DNA from: Octopus bimaculoides
Taxonomy: Eukaryota
Reading direction: 5' to 3'
NCBI RefSeq assembly: GCF_001194135.2
Contig: NC_068990.1
Location: 1,094,002-1,158,001 of the forward strand
Length of the DNA: 64,000 nt
The position numbers and the translations under genes are program-made. Below are positions 51,665 to 64,000 of this stretch, piece after piece. The notes below the pieces were generated by a model that was not told the DNA's origin, made no database searches, and was given only the letters and a program-made list of their open reading frames with translations. Within the stretch, counting starts at the first letter, position 1, and each line of letters begins with the position of its first letter.

Positions 51665-52179
51665 GTGTGTCTCTTTTCCTTTCTCTTTCTGAGCATATCT
51701 TTTGTGTCATGCCATCTGCTATTCTATTGTATGGAAATAATTGATGTGCTTCTCATAATTTTTCTTCTTAAAAACAAAAGCTGATACAAAGTATGTTCTT
51801 ATTGAGTTTTATATTAAATATTTTTTTTATCCTGTTCTTAGTCTTTTACTATCATATACCGTACTCCTGCAAAAAAAAAAAGAAGAAAATAAAATTAAAA
51901 AAATAAATGAAAAGAATATAAAACAAAAAGAGATAATGGCAAGTAAGCATGCAAACACCAAACACATGATGAGTGTTCCAATTGTTTGATTAACAGAAGC
52001 ATCTATTCATTGAATTACAGTGTGAGAGGTTGAGTATTATTCTGCAGTTAATCATACTCTTAGTGTCATCCTTGTGTAGAATGTCATCCTTTGGACAGAC
52101 ATAAAATTATATTGTTTGCATCATTCATAGGTATTTGGACTAAAGAAAGAGTCCAGCTTGTATTATTGCTGAGGTGACT

Positions 52180-52395
52180 AAGGTGGGGATCAGGCAGAAT
52201 TGTTAGCACACCAGGTGAAATGCTTAGTGGTACTTCACCCGTTGCTGCATTCTGAGTTCAAATTCCACTAAGATCGACTTTGCCTTCCATCCTTTTGGGG
52301 TCAATAAATCAAGTACCAGTGGAACACTGGGGTTGATGTAATCGACAAGCACCCTCGCTCCAATTTCAGGCCTTGTGTCTTTAGTAGAAAGGATT
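52180..52395 (+). mobile_element. SINE type B, full length
   Basis: Head, B-box and caggccttgtg tail, followed by (ATT)n. Confidence 0.85.
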
Positions 52396-52409
52396 ACTGT
52401 TGTTGTTGC

Positions 52410-52452
<43 letters not shown>

Positions 52453-52719
52453 ATTATTATTATTATTCAGTAGTTTTATTAATAATAATCATTCTCATTC
52501 ACCTCTGAGATGATTTTTTTCACCTGGATTTGGAGTATACTGGATTTCTAAGATCCTACATCAGTAGTTCTTAACTAATTTTTAATTATGGACCCCATTT
52601 TACTTTGGTGTCCCTTCCCCCCACCAGCCGTTCTATGTTTAAAAACTAGTTTTATAGACACTTCTTCCAAAATTCTTATTTTGTTATTTTCTCATGCACT
52701 TGCATCACCATCTTCATTA

Positions 52720-53080
52720 TCAGCGTTTAATGCTTGCTTTTCATGCGGGCATGGGTTGGACAGGTTGACACGGAGCCAGCTAGCAAGGAGCTGTCCAGAC
52801 TCCAACTGTCCGTTGTGGTATGGGGTCTATGACTGGATGCCCTTCCTAATGCCAACCACTTAACAGAGTGTGCTGGTTGCTTCTTATGTGCTGCCGGCAC
52901 GGGTGCATTTATGCAGCACAGGCACAGGTATGTTAATGCAGTACCTGTATGGGTGCTTTTTAAGTGGCACTGGCTCCTGAAAGGACAATCTTGTATGTGT
53001 GGAAAACAGCGAGTTTACTTAGCTTGGTGTGTCTTATCAAGTACAGCAAATTGCAACATCTCCCAATGCCTTGTATAAGT
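52720..53080 (-). mobile_element. RTE LINE 3' tail
   Basis: ctggatgcccttcctaatgccaaccact and internal repeats. Confidence 0.8.
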
Positions 53081-53085
53081 TGAAC

Positions 53086-53500
53086 ATAGGTGCAGAATTG
53101 GCTGTGTGGTAAGTAGCTTGCTTACCAGCCACATGGTTCTGGGTTCAGTCCCACTGTGTGGCACCTTGGGCAAGTGTCTTCTACTATAGCTTCAGGCCGA
53201 CCAAAGCCTTGTGAGTGGATTTAGTAGACGGAAACTGAAAGAAGCCCATCGTATATATTTATATGTATATATGTATGTGTATGTATATGTTTGTGTGTCT
53301 GTGTTTGTCCCCCAACATCGCTTGACAACCGATGATGGTGTGTTTACGTCCTCGTCACATAGAAGTTTGGCAAAAGAGACTGATAGAATAAGTACTAGGC
53401 TTACAAAGAATAAGTCCTGGGGGTCGATTTCTTCGACTAAAGGTGGTGCTCCAGCATGGCCGCAGTCAAATGACTGAAACAAGTAAAAGAGTAAAAGAGT
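53086..53500 (+). mobile_element. SINE type A, full-length reference copy (tRNA-derived head, internal microsatellite, gtaaaaga tail)
   Basis: A-box tggctgtgtggtaag, B-box ggttcagtccc; at least 10 homologous copies in the window. Confidence 0.9.
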
Positions 53501-54289
53501 ATGTAAAATGTTAGAGAAAGAAACCTGGTAGTTTCTTTGCAAGACATCCATTTAAATCAAAACTTGTCATGGGCCCTTAAAATACTACTGTAGATCCCTA
53601 AATTGCTAGCATGGACCCCACAAAATCTTATATGGACCCTGGCTAAGAACCTCTGCTCTACATCCTTAAAGGGACCTTCCCTGGATGAAATACCACAGTC
53701 TAAAAGCATTTAGCAACACATGTACATGATGAGTGTAATCTTGATAATGTTAACATGAAATTTAAAGTTTATCATGTCTTTAGCAAGACTAAACGATCCT
53801 CCTAACTCTGCATTGGCTCTCATTATTTGCTAACCACTTTAAAGAGTCTACTGGGTGTTTACTATCAGGTCCACCTCAGCAGCACTAATTAGAATGCCTT
53901 GTATCTCCACAAGACATCCACAAGAGCTCTTGGTAATCTAGGTTGTCTCTGCACATTCAAAGCAACACAATCAAGAGGATGACGAGAAGAGAAGGTAATT
54001 ACAGGAAAAGAACCAGGGTGGGAGGGTGAAAGAAGCTTGAGTATGATGGGAGAGACAGAGTGATTGAGTGAGAACAAAGTAGAGGTGGGAGCAATGGAAG
54101 AGAGAAAAGGAGGAGGACGACGACGACCATGACAACAATGACGATGACTGCGAAAAAGAAGAAGAAGGAGGAGGAGGAGGAAGATGAGGAGAAGAAGAAG
54201 GAGGAGGAGGGGAGGGAAGAGGAGGAAAATGCAGAGAAGAAGGAGAAAAAGAAGAAGAAATGTTATAGGAGAATATAAGCAGTTCTGAA

Positions 54290-55490
54290 ATCTGAATTAA
54301 ATGCACATATCATACCCTGAAGAAAAGTCATAAATTCCATAGCAGTTCCAGTTGTTACTTATATCTTCTTCAATGTGTTGAACTGGAAGAGTGAAATAAA
54401 GAAAATTAACAGAAGAATTTGTAAGCTGCTGACTTGTAATAAAATGCATTGCCCAAAGGTAGATGTGGATCTTCTTTACCTTCCAAGAGATCAAAGAGGT
54501 TGAGGCTTGATCCAGTTTGAACTTTCTTACAAAACCACCCTAATTGGACTGACCAAATATCTTGAAACACCTTACGATGGAATGCTAAAATTAATCGAAA
54601 ATCTTGAGAGGTGTAAGAAGTTTTGTTCTATCTTGAAAGAGAGCAAAAAATTTGCTATTGATTTCATGAATGATACCCAGGTTGAACTGTCTGAAGGAAG
54701 TGTGGTAAGTGTTGTTGCAAAGAAAGTAAAATTAATAGGCAAAGAAAAAGTGCATGGATTTCATCTGGTAGGTGAGAGTAGAAATCTCTGCATAGTAAAC
54801 ATGTGCAACAAACAGGCTGATGTTGACCAGAAGCACATCCATCAGTGGTTACAGAGCTCAGGGTTAAAGGCAGAGAGTGAAGGCTTCATCATTGCTGCTT
54901 AAGATCAAAGTTTATCGATTTGAATCTACCAAACCAATGTGATGAAAAATGGAGGAGATCTAAAGTGCTGATTCTGCAATGATGAGATTGAAACAGTGGA
55001 CTATTTAATCTCTGGATGCAAAGTTTTAACACCTGTACAGTATAAACCAATGCATGACGGAACTGGCCAATATCTAGACTGGTTCATATTGCTGGCATTA
55101 TAAAATCGAATCTGATGCCAAGTTTTATAAGCACCCACACTGAGGCTGTATCTGAGGAAGAAGATGTAATGATTCTTTGGGACAAACAGACAGAACCATC
55201 AATAAACCAGATATTGTTATAAAAGACGAAAGTTACAAAGTCTGTTTATCGATTGATACGATTGTCCATAATATTGCAGCAAAAGAATTTGATAAGCTCA
55301 GAAAATATAAAGATTTGCTCATCAAAAGTGAACAAAATATGGCATCTCATGGCAGTTACAATACCAGGAATGATCAAAAAGAAACTGAAAATTATTTGGG
55401 AATGATTCCTGGCTTACCATCCCTGCAAAAAGTGCAAAAAATTGTTTTAACTGTTACGTCACACATATCGAGAAAAACATTGTTTCTGTG
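54290..55490 (+). mobile_element. R4/Dong-type LINE 3' part with CCHC knuckle and restriction-like endonuclease, degenerate
   Basis: LYLPRDQRG*GLIQFE, GLKAESEGFIIAA*DQSL, KC*FC...ETVDYLISGC, NKPDIVIKD, KYKDL, KVQKIVL. Confidence 0.88.
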
Positions 55491-55649
55491 AGAACAAGAA
55501 TGTTCTCCATGTAGATCATTTTCTCCATGTCTTCCATGTAGATCATTTTTTTCTCTTTTACATATCTTTATTTGATTTTGTAAATGAACAATCTGGTGTG
55601 TTTATTTCAGTAGCTTATCAATATATACAGTGAATTACTTTGGCTTAGG

Positions 55650-57521
55650 TGTTGAGAAGATGCTTGGCAAGAAATGGAAACAAAATTGTAGAAACAAGAA
55701 AAACATATGATAATGATGCGACGACCGAAAATACAGTTGGCATTATATCCCTATCTCCCGGGCTGGGTTTTGAACCCGTACTCTGGTCAGTTGGGGAGAA
55801 TGGTATTTCCTTTGTCTTGTTGGCAACCACAGCTATTTTTAGCGTAGCTGCCCCTTTCCAGTCAGCGAAAGTTCAAAAACAGCAGGATAGGAATGTACCG
55901 ACCGACCCATCTTGGCAGGGGGTAAAGTAGCACAATGAGCTATGGTATTTGGGATGAATAGGAGAAGGAGAATTGGCGGCAAAAGCAGTTAGCAGAGAAT
56001 TTTGGCAGGATCAGTTGTGTCCAGTTGGGTTGTAGCAGTCGTCTGAAGCAGTTGGGGGACAGCAGTTTGCCCATGGAGATGAAGCAGTTGTACAGAGATG
56101 AAGAAAGAAGAATTATAAGTCTGACAGAGAAAGTTATGGTCAGCAGAAACACATAGAGTCCCAGAGAGAGAGAGAGAGGGACAGAGAGATGAAGCAGTTN
56201 NNNNNNNNNNNNNNNNNNNNNNNNNNNNNNNNNNNNNNNNNNNNNNNNNNNNNNNNNNNNNNNNNNNNNNNNNNNNNNNNNNNNNNNNNNNNNNNNNNNN
56301 NNNNNNNNNNNNNNNNNNNNNNNNNNNNNNNNNNNNNNNNNNNNNNNNNNNNNNNNNNNNNNNNNNNNNNNNNNNNNNNNNNNNNNNNNNNNNNNNNNNN
56401 NNNNNNNNNNNNNNNNNNNNNNNNNNNNNNNNNNNNNNNNNNNNNNNNNNNNNNNNNNNNNNNNNNNNNNNNNNNNNNNNNNNNNNNNNNNNNNNNNNNN
56501 NNNNNNNNNNNNNNNNNNNNNNNNNNNNNNNNNNNNNNNNNNNNNNNNNNNNNNNNNNNNNNNNNNNNNNNNNNNNNNNNNNNNNNNNNNNNNNNNNNNN
56601 NNNNNNNNNNNNNNNNNNNNNNNNNNNNNNNNNNNNNNNNNNNNNNNNNNNNNNNNNNNNNNNNNNNNNNNNNNNNNNNNNNNNNNNNNNNNNNNNNNNN
56701 NNNNNNNNNNNNNNNNNNNNNNNNNNNNNNNNNNNNNNNNNNNNNNNNNNNNNNNNNNNNNNNNNNNNNNNNNNNNNNNNNNNNNNNNNNNNNNNNNNNN
56801 NNNNNNNNNNNNNNNNNNNNNNNNNNNNNNNNNNNNNNNNNNNNNNNNNNNNNNNNNNNNNNNNNNNNNNNNNNNNNNNNNNNNNNNNNNNNNNNNNNNN
56901 NNNNNNNNNNNNNNNNNNNNNNNNNNNNNNNNNNNNNNNNNNNNNNNNNNNNNNNNNNNNNNNNNNNNNNNNNNNNNNNNNNNNNNNNNNNNNNNNNNNN
57001 NNNNNNNNNNNNNNNNNNNNNNNNNNNNNNNNNNNNNNNNNNNNNNNNNAGTTGTTAACTGTGTTGTTAAATGCTTCTAAAAGAAAGGAAAAGAAAAGAA
57101 ATACAAAAGAAAGAAGCAGAAGAACTTTGTTGTCAAATGAAACTTGAGACATGAACTTTGCGATGTAAAAATGATTGAAAAGCTTGTAATTGTTTGGAAA
57201 CTTTGTCAACGTTATTGAACTGTCATGCCATGTATTGGAATTGTTATTATGTAATGCTCTATTCTAATGTTTTAAATATATTCTGTGATGTTATGTATGT
57301 AAAAAGAAAAGGTTACCCAACGCATGGTCTTTGTGTTGTTTCTTCCTCCCTGTCCTATTTGCCTGTGTTGTTCTTCGTTACGTGCTCCAGCCGGGGCTTT
57401 ATTATCGCGGTCAGGTGACCGACAGACGAATTTGCTAGCTCACTGAGTGTTGAACATTCGCGCGTGCGCGGGTCCCCCCTTCGGTGTTAAGGAGGTGCTT
57501 CGCGTGCGGGCGTTCGTAACA
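55650..57521. mobile_element. Unidentified GC/CpG-rich element spanning a gap, possibly a solo LTR
   Basis: Ends ...CGTAACA at 57521. A possible TGTAG start near 55688 has flanks aaaat/ataat (imperfect). No PBS or PPT confirmed. Confidence 0.35.
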
Positions 57522-57599
57522 ATAATAAAGCAACATGAGAAAAAGAAAATGCTTTTCTCTATACACACGGACGTGACAAAATACAAAACAGAAACAAAC

Positions 57600-57990
57600 T
57601 GCTACACTGACCTCAGATGACAACATAACAGAAATGGTCAAAGAGACAAAAACAACATGACAACAAATTTACAAAACGTATTGAAGAAGAAATGGAGAGA
57701 AAAATCACTCCATGGCCAATTCCCTACAAAGCTTGATAGAGAAGAACTGAGCCCCAGTAAAAACCAGCAAGGGCTCAAAAACTCTGGACTAAAAGCTGAA
57801 ATGGAAGGACTGATTCTCATTGTACAAGATCAGTGTCTGATTTTGAACAACTATAAAAGCAAAATAATGAAAACAGACACCAACACGAAATGCAGAATGT
57901 GCAACCAGCACAATGAGATAGTTAACCACATCATCTCTGGCTGTCCAGTCCTTGCCAAATCTGAATATACAGGGTACAAAAGATATTTGA
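57600..57990 (+). mobile_element. R4/Dong-type LINE fragment (zinc knuckle region)
   Basis: KWREKSLHGQF, GLKAEMEGLILIVQDQ, KCRMC...VNHIISGCPVLA. Confidence 0.88.
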
Positions 57991-58104
57991 GGACAAATTT
58001 ATGTTTATATTAAAAAAAAAAACCCCAGCTATATAATAACAGATAATAACTTTATTTATCACAAAATCCTATGAGGATAAAAATGAACCTTCGTCTCTAT
58101 AATG

Positions 58105-58525
58105 TTATTCAAGAGAGCCACCTTCAGCTTCAACAACTGCTTCTATGTGTGATCTAAATCATCTACATGCTCGAATCAAGTGGTCTTGGTTCATTTTGGA
58201 CATTACTCGCACTATGGCAGCTTTCAAAGAAACCTTGGTGTGTGGGCATGTTCATTTGCCTCTCTCTCAACAATGCTCCACATGTAAATAGTCCAATGGA
58301 TTGAGATCTTGGGAATTAGGAGGCCAAATGTTAGGGGTTATGTGATCATGTGAATGCCATCTATTCCTGTGTTACTAGAGCCATATGTGATAGTACAGAG
58401 TCTTACTGAAACACATATGACCTTCCATTGCATACACTGTCTATCCAGGGCTTAACAATTGTTTCCAGGACCTCAATGTAGGTGGCAGAGTTAATTTGCC
58501 TGAAACTACCAAATGCTGAACAAGA
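58105..58525 (-). mobile_element. Tc1/mariner (maT/DD37D-like) transposase C-terminal remnant
   Basis: YIEVLETIVKPWI, VFQ*DS, WPPNSQDLNPLDY, IEAVVEAEGG. Confidence 0.85.
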
Positions 58526-58539
58526 ATAATAACAACAAC

Positions 58540-58801
58540 AACAACAACAAAAGTACTCAGATTGCTCTCAAAAATTAAGTAAAAAAACAGGAAAAATAAT
58601 CCAGAATCCTTGTCCGGTACTGGATCGATCCCAATATCTAATCAGTTCGTGCCAGTCACGAGGCCAAACATCCCTGAAAGTTTCATTCTAATCCATCCAG
58701 TAGTTCTGAGATATCTTGTCCACAGACAAACAAACAAACAAACAAACAAACAAACAAATAAACACAATTGAAAACAATACCTCCACCTTCGCTAAGGTGT
58801 C

Positions 58802-58854
<53 letters not shown>

Positions 58855-59215
58855 GAGCACTCAGAGAGTGCAAATCTCTGCCAACGCAACACCAATGTCC
58901 TCTCAACGATTAGCCGGAGATGATTTTTAAAATGAGAATATCTGAAATAAACTTGACTGCTCTCATGAACAAGACATTAAAAATGAACCCAACTGCTCTC
59001 AAAAATGAAGTAAAAAAGCAAGAAATATAATCCAGAATCCTTGTCCGGTACTGGATTGATCCCAAAATCTAATCAGTTTGTGCCAATCACGAAGCCAAAC
59101 ATCCCTGAAAATTTCATCTGGATCTATCCAGCAGTTCTTGAGATATCATGTCCATGGACAAACAAACGAACACGACTGAAAACAATACCTCCACCTTAGC
59201 GAAGGCGAAGGTAAT
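58540..59215 (-). mobile_element. Two head-to-tail DINE-1/HINE-like copies separated by (TAA)n
   Basis: ataatccagaatccttgtccggtactggat occurs at ~58596 and ~59026; both are reverse complements of 1353-1719. Confidence 0.65.
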
Positions 59216-59233
59216 AATAACAACAACCACAAC

Positions 59234-59259
<26 letters not shown>

Positions 59260-59269
<10 letters not shown>

Positions 59270-59950
59270 TTCAAATTTTTATAGAAGGTTAGCAGTTTTC
59301 AAGTGTGTGGGTAAGTTGATTACATCGACTCCAGTACTTGACTGGTACTTATTTTATTACCTTTGAAAGGATGAAAAGCTAAGTCAAACTAATAATCTTT
59401 TTTATTACAGGCACAAGGCCTGGAATTTCTTGGGAAGAGGATAGTCGATCACATCGAACCCAGTACTTGACCGGTACTTAATTTATCAACCCCAAAAGGA
59501 TGAAAGGCAAAATCGACCTCTCAGAATTTGAACCCAGAACGTAGTGATGGGTAAAATACTGCTAAGCATGCCATCCAGTATGCTAACAATTCTGCCAACT
59601 AACTGCCTTAGTAATAATAATAATGAGTGTTTCTAATATCGATACAGAATCAGTGATTTTGAGAGGAAGATGATGGTTGATATTGATCCCAGTTCTTGAC
59701 CGGTACTTTATTTTGCTGACCTCAGAAGGATAAAAGGCAAAGTTGTTTCCAGTGTGGCTTGAACTCAGGTTGTATCTAGTCAGAAGAAAAGACCATAGTC
59801 ATTTTGTCTGGTACCCTGATAATTCTAATAGTTCATTTACCTAATTGCTCTTTACTTTTTGTACAAGGCCTGAAATTTTTGGAAAGGGTGTTGAATAAAT
59901 CAACCACTGAACTTGACAAGTAATTTATTTTAATGACTATAGAAAGATGG
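59260..59950 (-). mobile_element. Cluster of SINE type B copies
   Basis: Repeated aaggatgaaaggcaaa and cagtacttgaccggtactt motifs. Confidence 0.75.
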
Positions 59951-61153
59951 AAGGAAAAATTGATGTTAGCAGGATTTAAACTCATAACAAATGACACAAG
60001 ACATCTTTGTTAATCCATTGTCTATCAATTATTAAGCTAGACCAACATACTTAGCAAGTTGTCCAGCAGTGCATATTCTTTTATATCTTTGGTTACTATT
60101 GAGTGTTTCTGTGCAGAAAACAACATAATTACTATGATTTCCATCTAAAACTCTGATATGTTTTGTTCAAATGGTATTTAAAAAAAAAACCCCAGCTAAT
60201 TTTAGTGAATTCCACTTTTTCATTTAAAGACTTTAAATGATTTCTATTTGCCAAAATAAATGGTGATATTACAATCTATCAATTCATGTGTTAAATCATG
60301 AATTTTTTTTTGTATTTTGTCTTTCAGTTAATCTTGTAAAAACACCATTCTTAACTGTATCAAATTATATTTTTTTAAATAGTAAATTCATTTTTCTTTT
60401 ACTTAAAAAAAAATTTTGATGGTTGCTATTTGTCAGAACAGATGGTGACATAATCATCTGTGTATTCATGTGATACATCTTAAGTTTCATTTTGTCTTTC
60501 AGTTGATCTTGTAAAATAAGAACACTTTAGTGGATGAGTGAAGTATCATTGAGTTAGGAAAAGACAAACAATGAATTTCAGAAGTTGTTGGAAAGAGAAC
60601 TAACTAGTGCTGAATGTTGTGAAGAGAAATGGGATGATATAGTTGGGTCCTGTGCTAGAGAAAAAAAAAATGGCTGTAAGTAGGTGAGAGGATTGATGGA
60701 AATGAATGTAGAAAAAAGTAGTGGAAGAAAATGACTGAGAAATGTATGGCTGAAGATGAAAGAAATAAGGGAAAGGGAGCTGCGAGAGGCATTGTAGATG
60801 AAACAGTAAAATAGGGGAGGCAGTGATGGAGACTGGAAGGCCTTAGTAGAGAATTGGTTTTAAAACACTTGTTCTTGTTGTAGATAATCCTGTAAAATCA
60901 CTATTCTTAGCTGTGTCAACGTTTCTGGAATTTTGAAATAACAAGCATTATTTTTGTTTGATTAATATTTAACTGTTTCAGTAATGAGACTGTGACCCCA
61001 CTGGAGTTTTTGTTTTTTTCATATCAATCATATTGACCCTATTTCTTGTTTATATATCTCTGTCTGTTGAATCATTGAGGTATGAAATATAAACACTGAC
61101 ACTTTTCTTTTGAAAGCAGCAACGATGTAAAAATAGACATGAATAGAGACATG

Positions 61154-61217
<64 letters not shown>

Positions 61218-62029
61218 TATGTTGGCATTAGGAAGGGCATCCAGCCATAAAAACCTTGCCAAATCAGACTGGCATCTGGTGCAGCCTTCCAGCTTTGCTT
61301 AAACCACCCAGCTGATGCCAGCATGGACAACACACATTAAATGATGATGTATTCAGACACATGCACGCAAATATATAAATGTGTGTGTATTCATACATGT
61401 ATATATATATATATATCTGTATATATTAAAGAATTATTGCTAAATTTTGCTACAGTAGCTGCTGTCATTTGCAGCAAGTACTGATATTACACTGTAATGC
61501 CTTCTAACATACAAGCAGATCAAGCCATGAAGGACAATGGGTCCTCTTTATGGATTCATAAATAAAACCCCCAATTGTTTCACTGTATTATGAAACAGTA
61601 ACCTTTCAATTGGTTCCCCAGTACAACAGCAATGAAGCCACTTGCGCCATAGTGACTAAACTATTTGTATAATAGTGACTAAGCTACTTGAAACAAAGCA
61701 AGTAAGCCAGTTGATTTAATTGAAACTGTTACAGTGAAAAGGTTAATTAAGCTGAATAATTAGAGTTCAATTAAATGAAACAGTTGAGGACTAAATTACG
61801 ACTGAATGCAGACAACATTTATGGATTTAACACTACTGTAAATTAATTGGTTACTCACTAATAATTCTCTTTTATATGTCCTTTGTGTCTGAAATCCACA
61901 TTTAGTTTAAATAAATAAATTAGACAAGCAAATGAAGCAGTTGCTACACAGTTGTTGAATTTGCTAGAAATAGCTGACAAATTTCTCTGAAATTATTAAA
62001 GTTAAGACAGAAAGGTTAAATATTGTATA

Positions 62030-62400
62030 GACATGGTTGTGTGGTAAGAAGTTCACTTCCCAACTACATGGTTCCAGGTTCAGTCCTACTGTGTGGCACC
62101 TTTGTCAAATGTCTTTTACTATAATCTCAGGGGTGACCAAAGCCTTGTGAGTGGATTTGGTAGATAGAAACTGAAAGAAGCCCATTATGTATGTGTGTGT
62201 GCTATTGTGTCTGTGTTTTTCCCCCCACCAGTGCTTGATAACCAATGTTGGTGTGTTTACATACCTGTAACTTAGCAGTTCAGCAAAGAGACTGATAGAA
62301 TAAGTACCAGGCTTAAAGAAATATATATATACACATATATATAAGTATTGGGATCATTTTATTCAGCTAAAAATTCAAGGTAGTGAAACAAGTAAAGGAG
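62030..62400 (+). mobile_element. SINE type A
   Basis: Homology to 53086-53500. Confidence 0.85.
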
Positions 62401-62778
62401 ATATTATATAATCTATAAAAAAAACAAAGAAAAAATCTTTCTATCTATAACTCTGATGATTCAGGGTTAACTCAAGGCTTTTGTAACTGTTTTACAAGAT
62501 TTTCGAATCATTTTGTGGCATTTTGGGAAGGTCACTGTTCTAATAAAAACACTTACACTGATTATAGGTGCATCAACGAGTGTTACTACTTAGAGGACTA
62601 GGCAAATTACGTGATACAAGTATGAATGTAGATTCATTTACGATTTTTAATTACTATGGTTAGTTGGCTTGTATATTTACTCGTTTTCTTTGAATTCACC
62701 AGTGTGTATTAGTGAAAACTATGGTTTCGACCAGATTTGACTTAAATTTCTAGCAATACTGTGTACTATTTCCTACCC

Positions 62779-62817
<39 letters not shown>

Positions 62818-63260
62818 NNNNNNNNNNNNNNNNNNNNNNNNNNNNNNNNNNNNNNNNNNNNNNNNNNNNNNNNNNNNNNNNNNNNNNNNNNNNNNNNNNN
62901 NNNNNNNNNNNNNNNNNNNNNNNNNNNNNNNNNNNNNNNNNNNNNNNNNNNNNNNNNNNNNNNNNNNNNNNNNNNNNNNNNNNNNNNNNNNNNNNNNNNN
63001 NNNNNNNNNNNNNNNNNNNNNNNNNNNNNNNNNNNNNNNNNNNNNNNNNNNNNNNNNNNNNNNNNNNNNNNNNNNNNNNNNNNNNNNNNNNNNNNNNNNN
63101 NNNNNNNNNNNNNNNNNNNNNNNNNNNNNNNNNNNNNNNNNNNNNNNNNNNNNNNNNNNNNNNNNNNNNNNNNNNNNNNNNNNNNNNNNNNNNNNNNNNN
63201 NNNNNNNNNNNNNNNNNNNNNNNNNNNNNNNNNNNNNNNNNNNNNNNNNNNNNNNNNNNN

Positions 63261-63299
<39 letters not shown>

Positions 63300-63365
63300 A
63301 GAATATGTATAAACTTATCATGGCTTCTATACACTTTCCTCATGTCTTGGTATATTTTGTCATAG

Positions 63366-63785
63366 GTGGACAGGTCTTGTGCAACACTACATATTACAAG
63401 TCAGTCATCTCTTGTGTGAGATGCAGCATCATCAGGTAAGCCTTCACCACTTCAACCTAAGGCTTCCTTGGTTTTCCCTCTTCTGCATATTCTACTAACT
63501 GGCATTGCTAGACGCTTCCTTCCTTCGGCACCAATCATCATCCATATGCATCGCTTGCTTGTACAAATGCAGCTTCCTCTCTTGCACATTGCACTTGATT
63601 CCTCTTGTACAACATTATCCTCTCAGCTTATTTTTTGTTTCAGCATTCATGCACATTAAGACGGATAGTCCATGGTCCAGGGTACTTATAAACAAGGCTG
63701 GACCAGTAAAAGACGCATCCTACTTGTACATTGTTGATAGGTTTACCAAGTGGCCGGACGTATGTAGGTGCAGTCAACCTTAGAT
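63366..63785 (+). mobile_element. Ty3/Gypsy integrase remnant interrupted by ~190 bp of other sequence
   Basis: SCVRC...KPSPLQP then KTDSPWSRVLINKAGPVKDASYLYIVDRFTKWPDV (the PWxRxHIDxAGP...VDxFSKWPE integrase motif). Confidence 0.75.
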
Positions 63786-63789
63786 ATTA

Positions 63790-63970
63790 CATATCCAATG
63801 GAGCAGATTACTTTCATTTTTTTCTCTATTCTTTGTAAGTCTTCTGTATTCAAAGCTTGTATCTTGCTACCATGCACCATTGCAGTTCTAACACTTGTGC
63901 CATACAACCTGCCCTTTAATCCAAAGGAAAAGACCTTCACTGGCTGCTGTGATAATAACACCTTGATCAT
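63790..63970 (-). mobile_element. RTE LINE fragment
   Basis: LKGRLYGTSVRTAMVHGS...LQRIE matches VKGRLYDACVQT...LHDSETW of the 34427 ORF. Confidence 0.8.
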
Positions 63971-64000
63971 ATTCTACTTCATTCTTTCTTCCACTTCTAT

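Noticed and set aside
60310-60930. Repeated ttttgtctttcag acceptor-like motifs suggesting mutually exclusive micro-exons
   Set aside because: They are part of a thrice-repeated decayed element fragment (atcttgtaaaa...attctta.ctgt.tca) with poor donors.
28893-63343. Long ORFs containing X runs (e.g. 362, 325, 337, 406 aa)
   Set aside because: They span assembly gaps (about 24982-25085, 27371-27428, 29182-29962, 47009-47581, 48477-49314, 50790-51037, 56200-57049, 62818-63260).
63366-63435. ag...cag|gtaagc exon candidate
   Set aside because: It lies within the Gypsy integrase remnant, so the splice-like signals are likely coincidental.

Overview
AT-rich, repeat-dense animal genomic DNA with eight N-gaps. 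The SINE/LINE families and microsatellite load suggest an octopus or other coleoid cephalopod (inference). There are no prokaryotic features, rRNA or CRISPR. Only one host gene can be supported: a minus-strand SLX9/FAM207A-like ribosome-biogenesis gene, with two coding exons (10640-10732 and 3167-3335) joined in phase 0; the gene continues off the left edge. A CpG-retaining block at about 18.5-19.2 kb looks like a bidirectional promoter with outward-facing splice donors. A few short plus-strand exon candidates lie to its right but are unproven. The rest is mobile-element debris: tRNA-derived SINEs (labelled here types A, B and D), 5'-truncated RTE LINE tails, R4/Dong-type LINE fragments, Helitron RepHel remnants, DINE-1/HINE-like elements, a maT-like transposase fragment, piggyBac-like and Tc1-like MITEs, a Gypsy integrase remnant, two long fold-back elements and several satellites. 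Family assignments come from recalled motifs, not database searches, and most repeat boundaries are approximate. I found no convincing novel multi-gene system. The best leads are the divergent promoter with possible micro-exons, a 5'-inverted SINE, and dsRNA-forming fold-backs.
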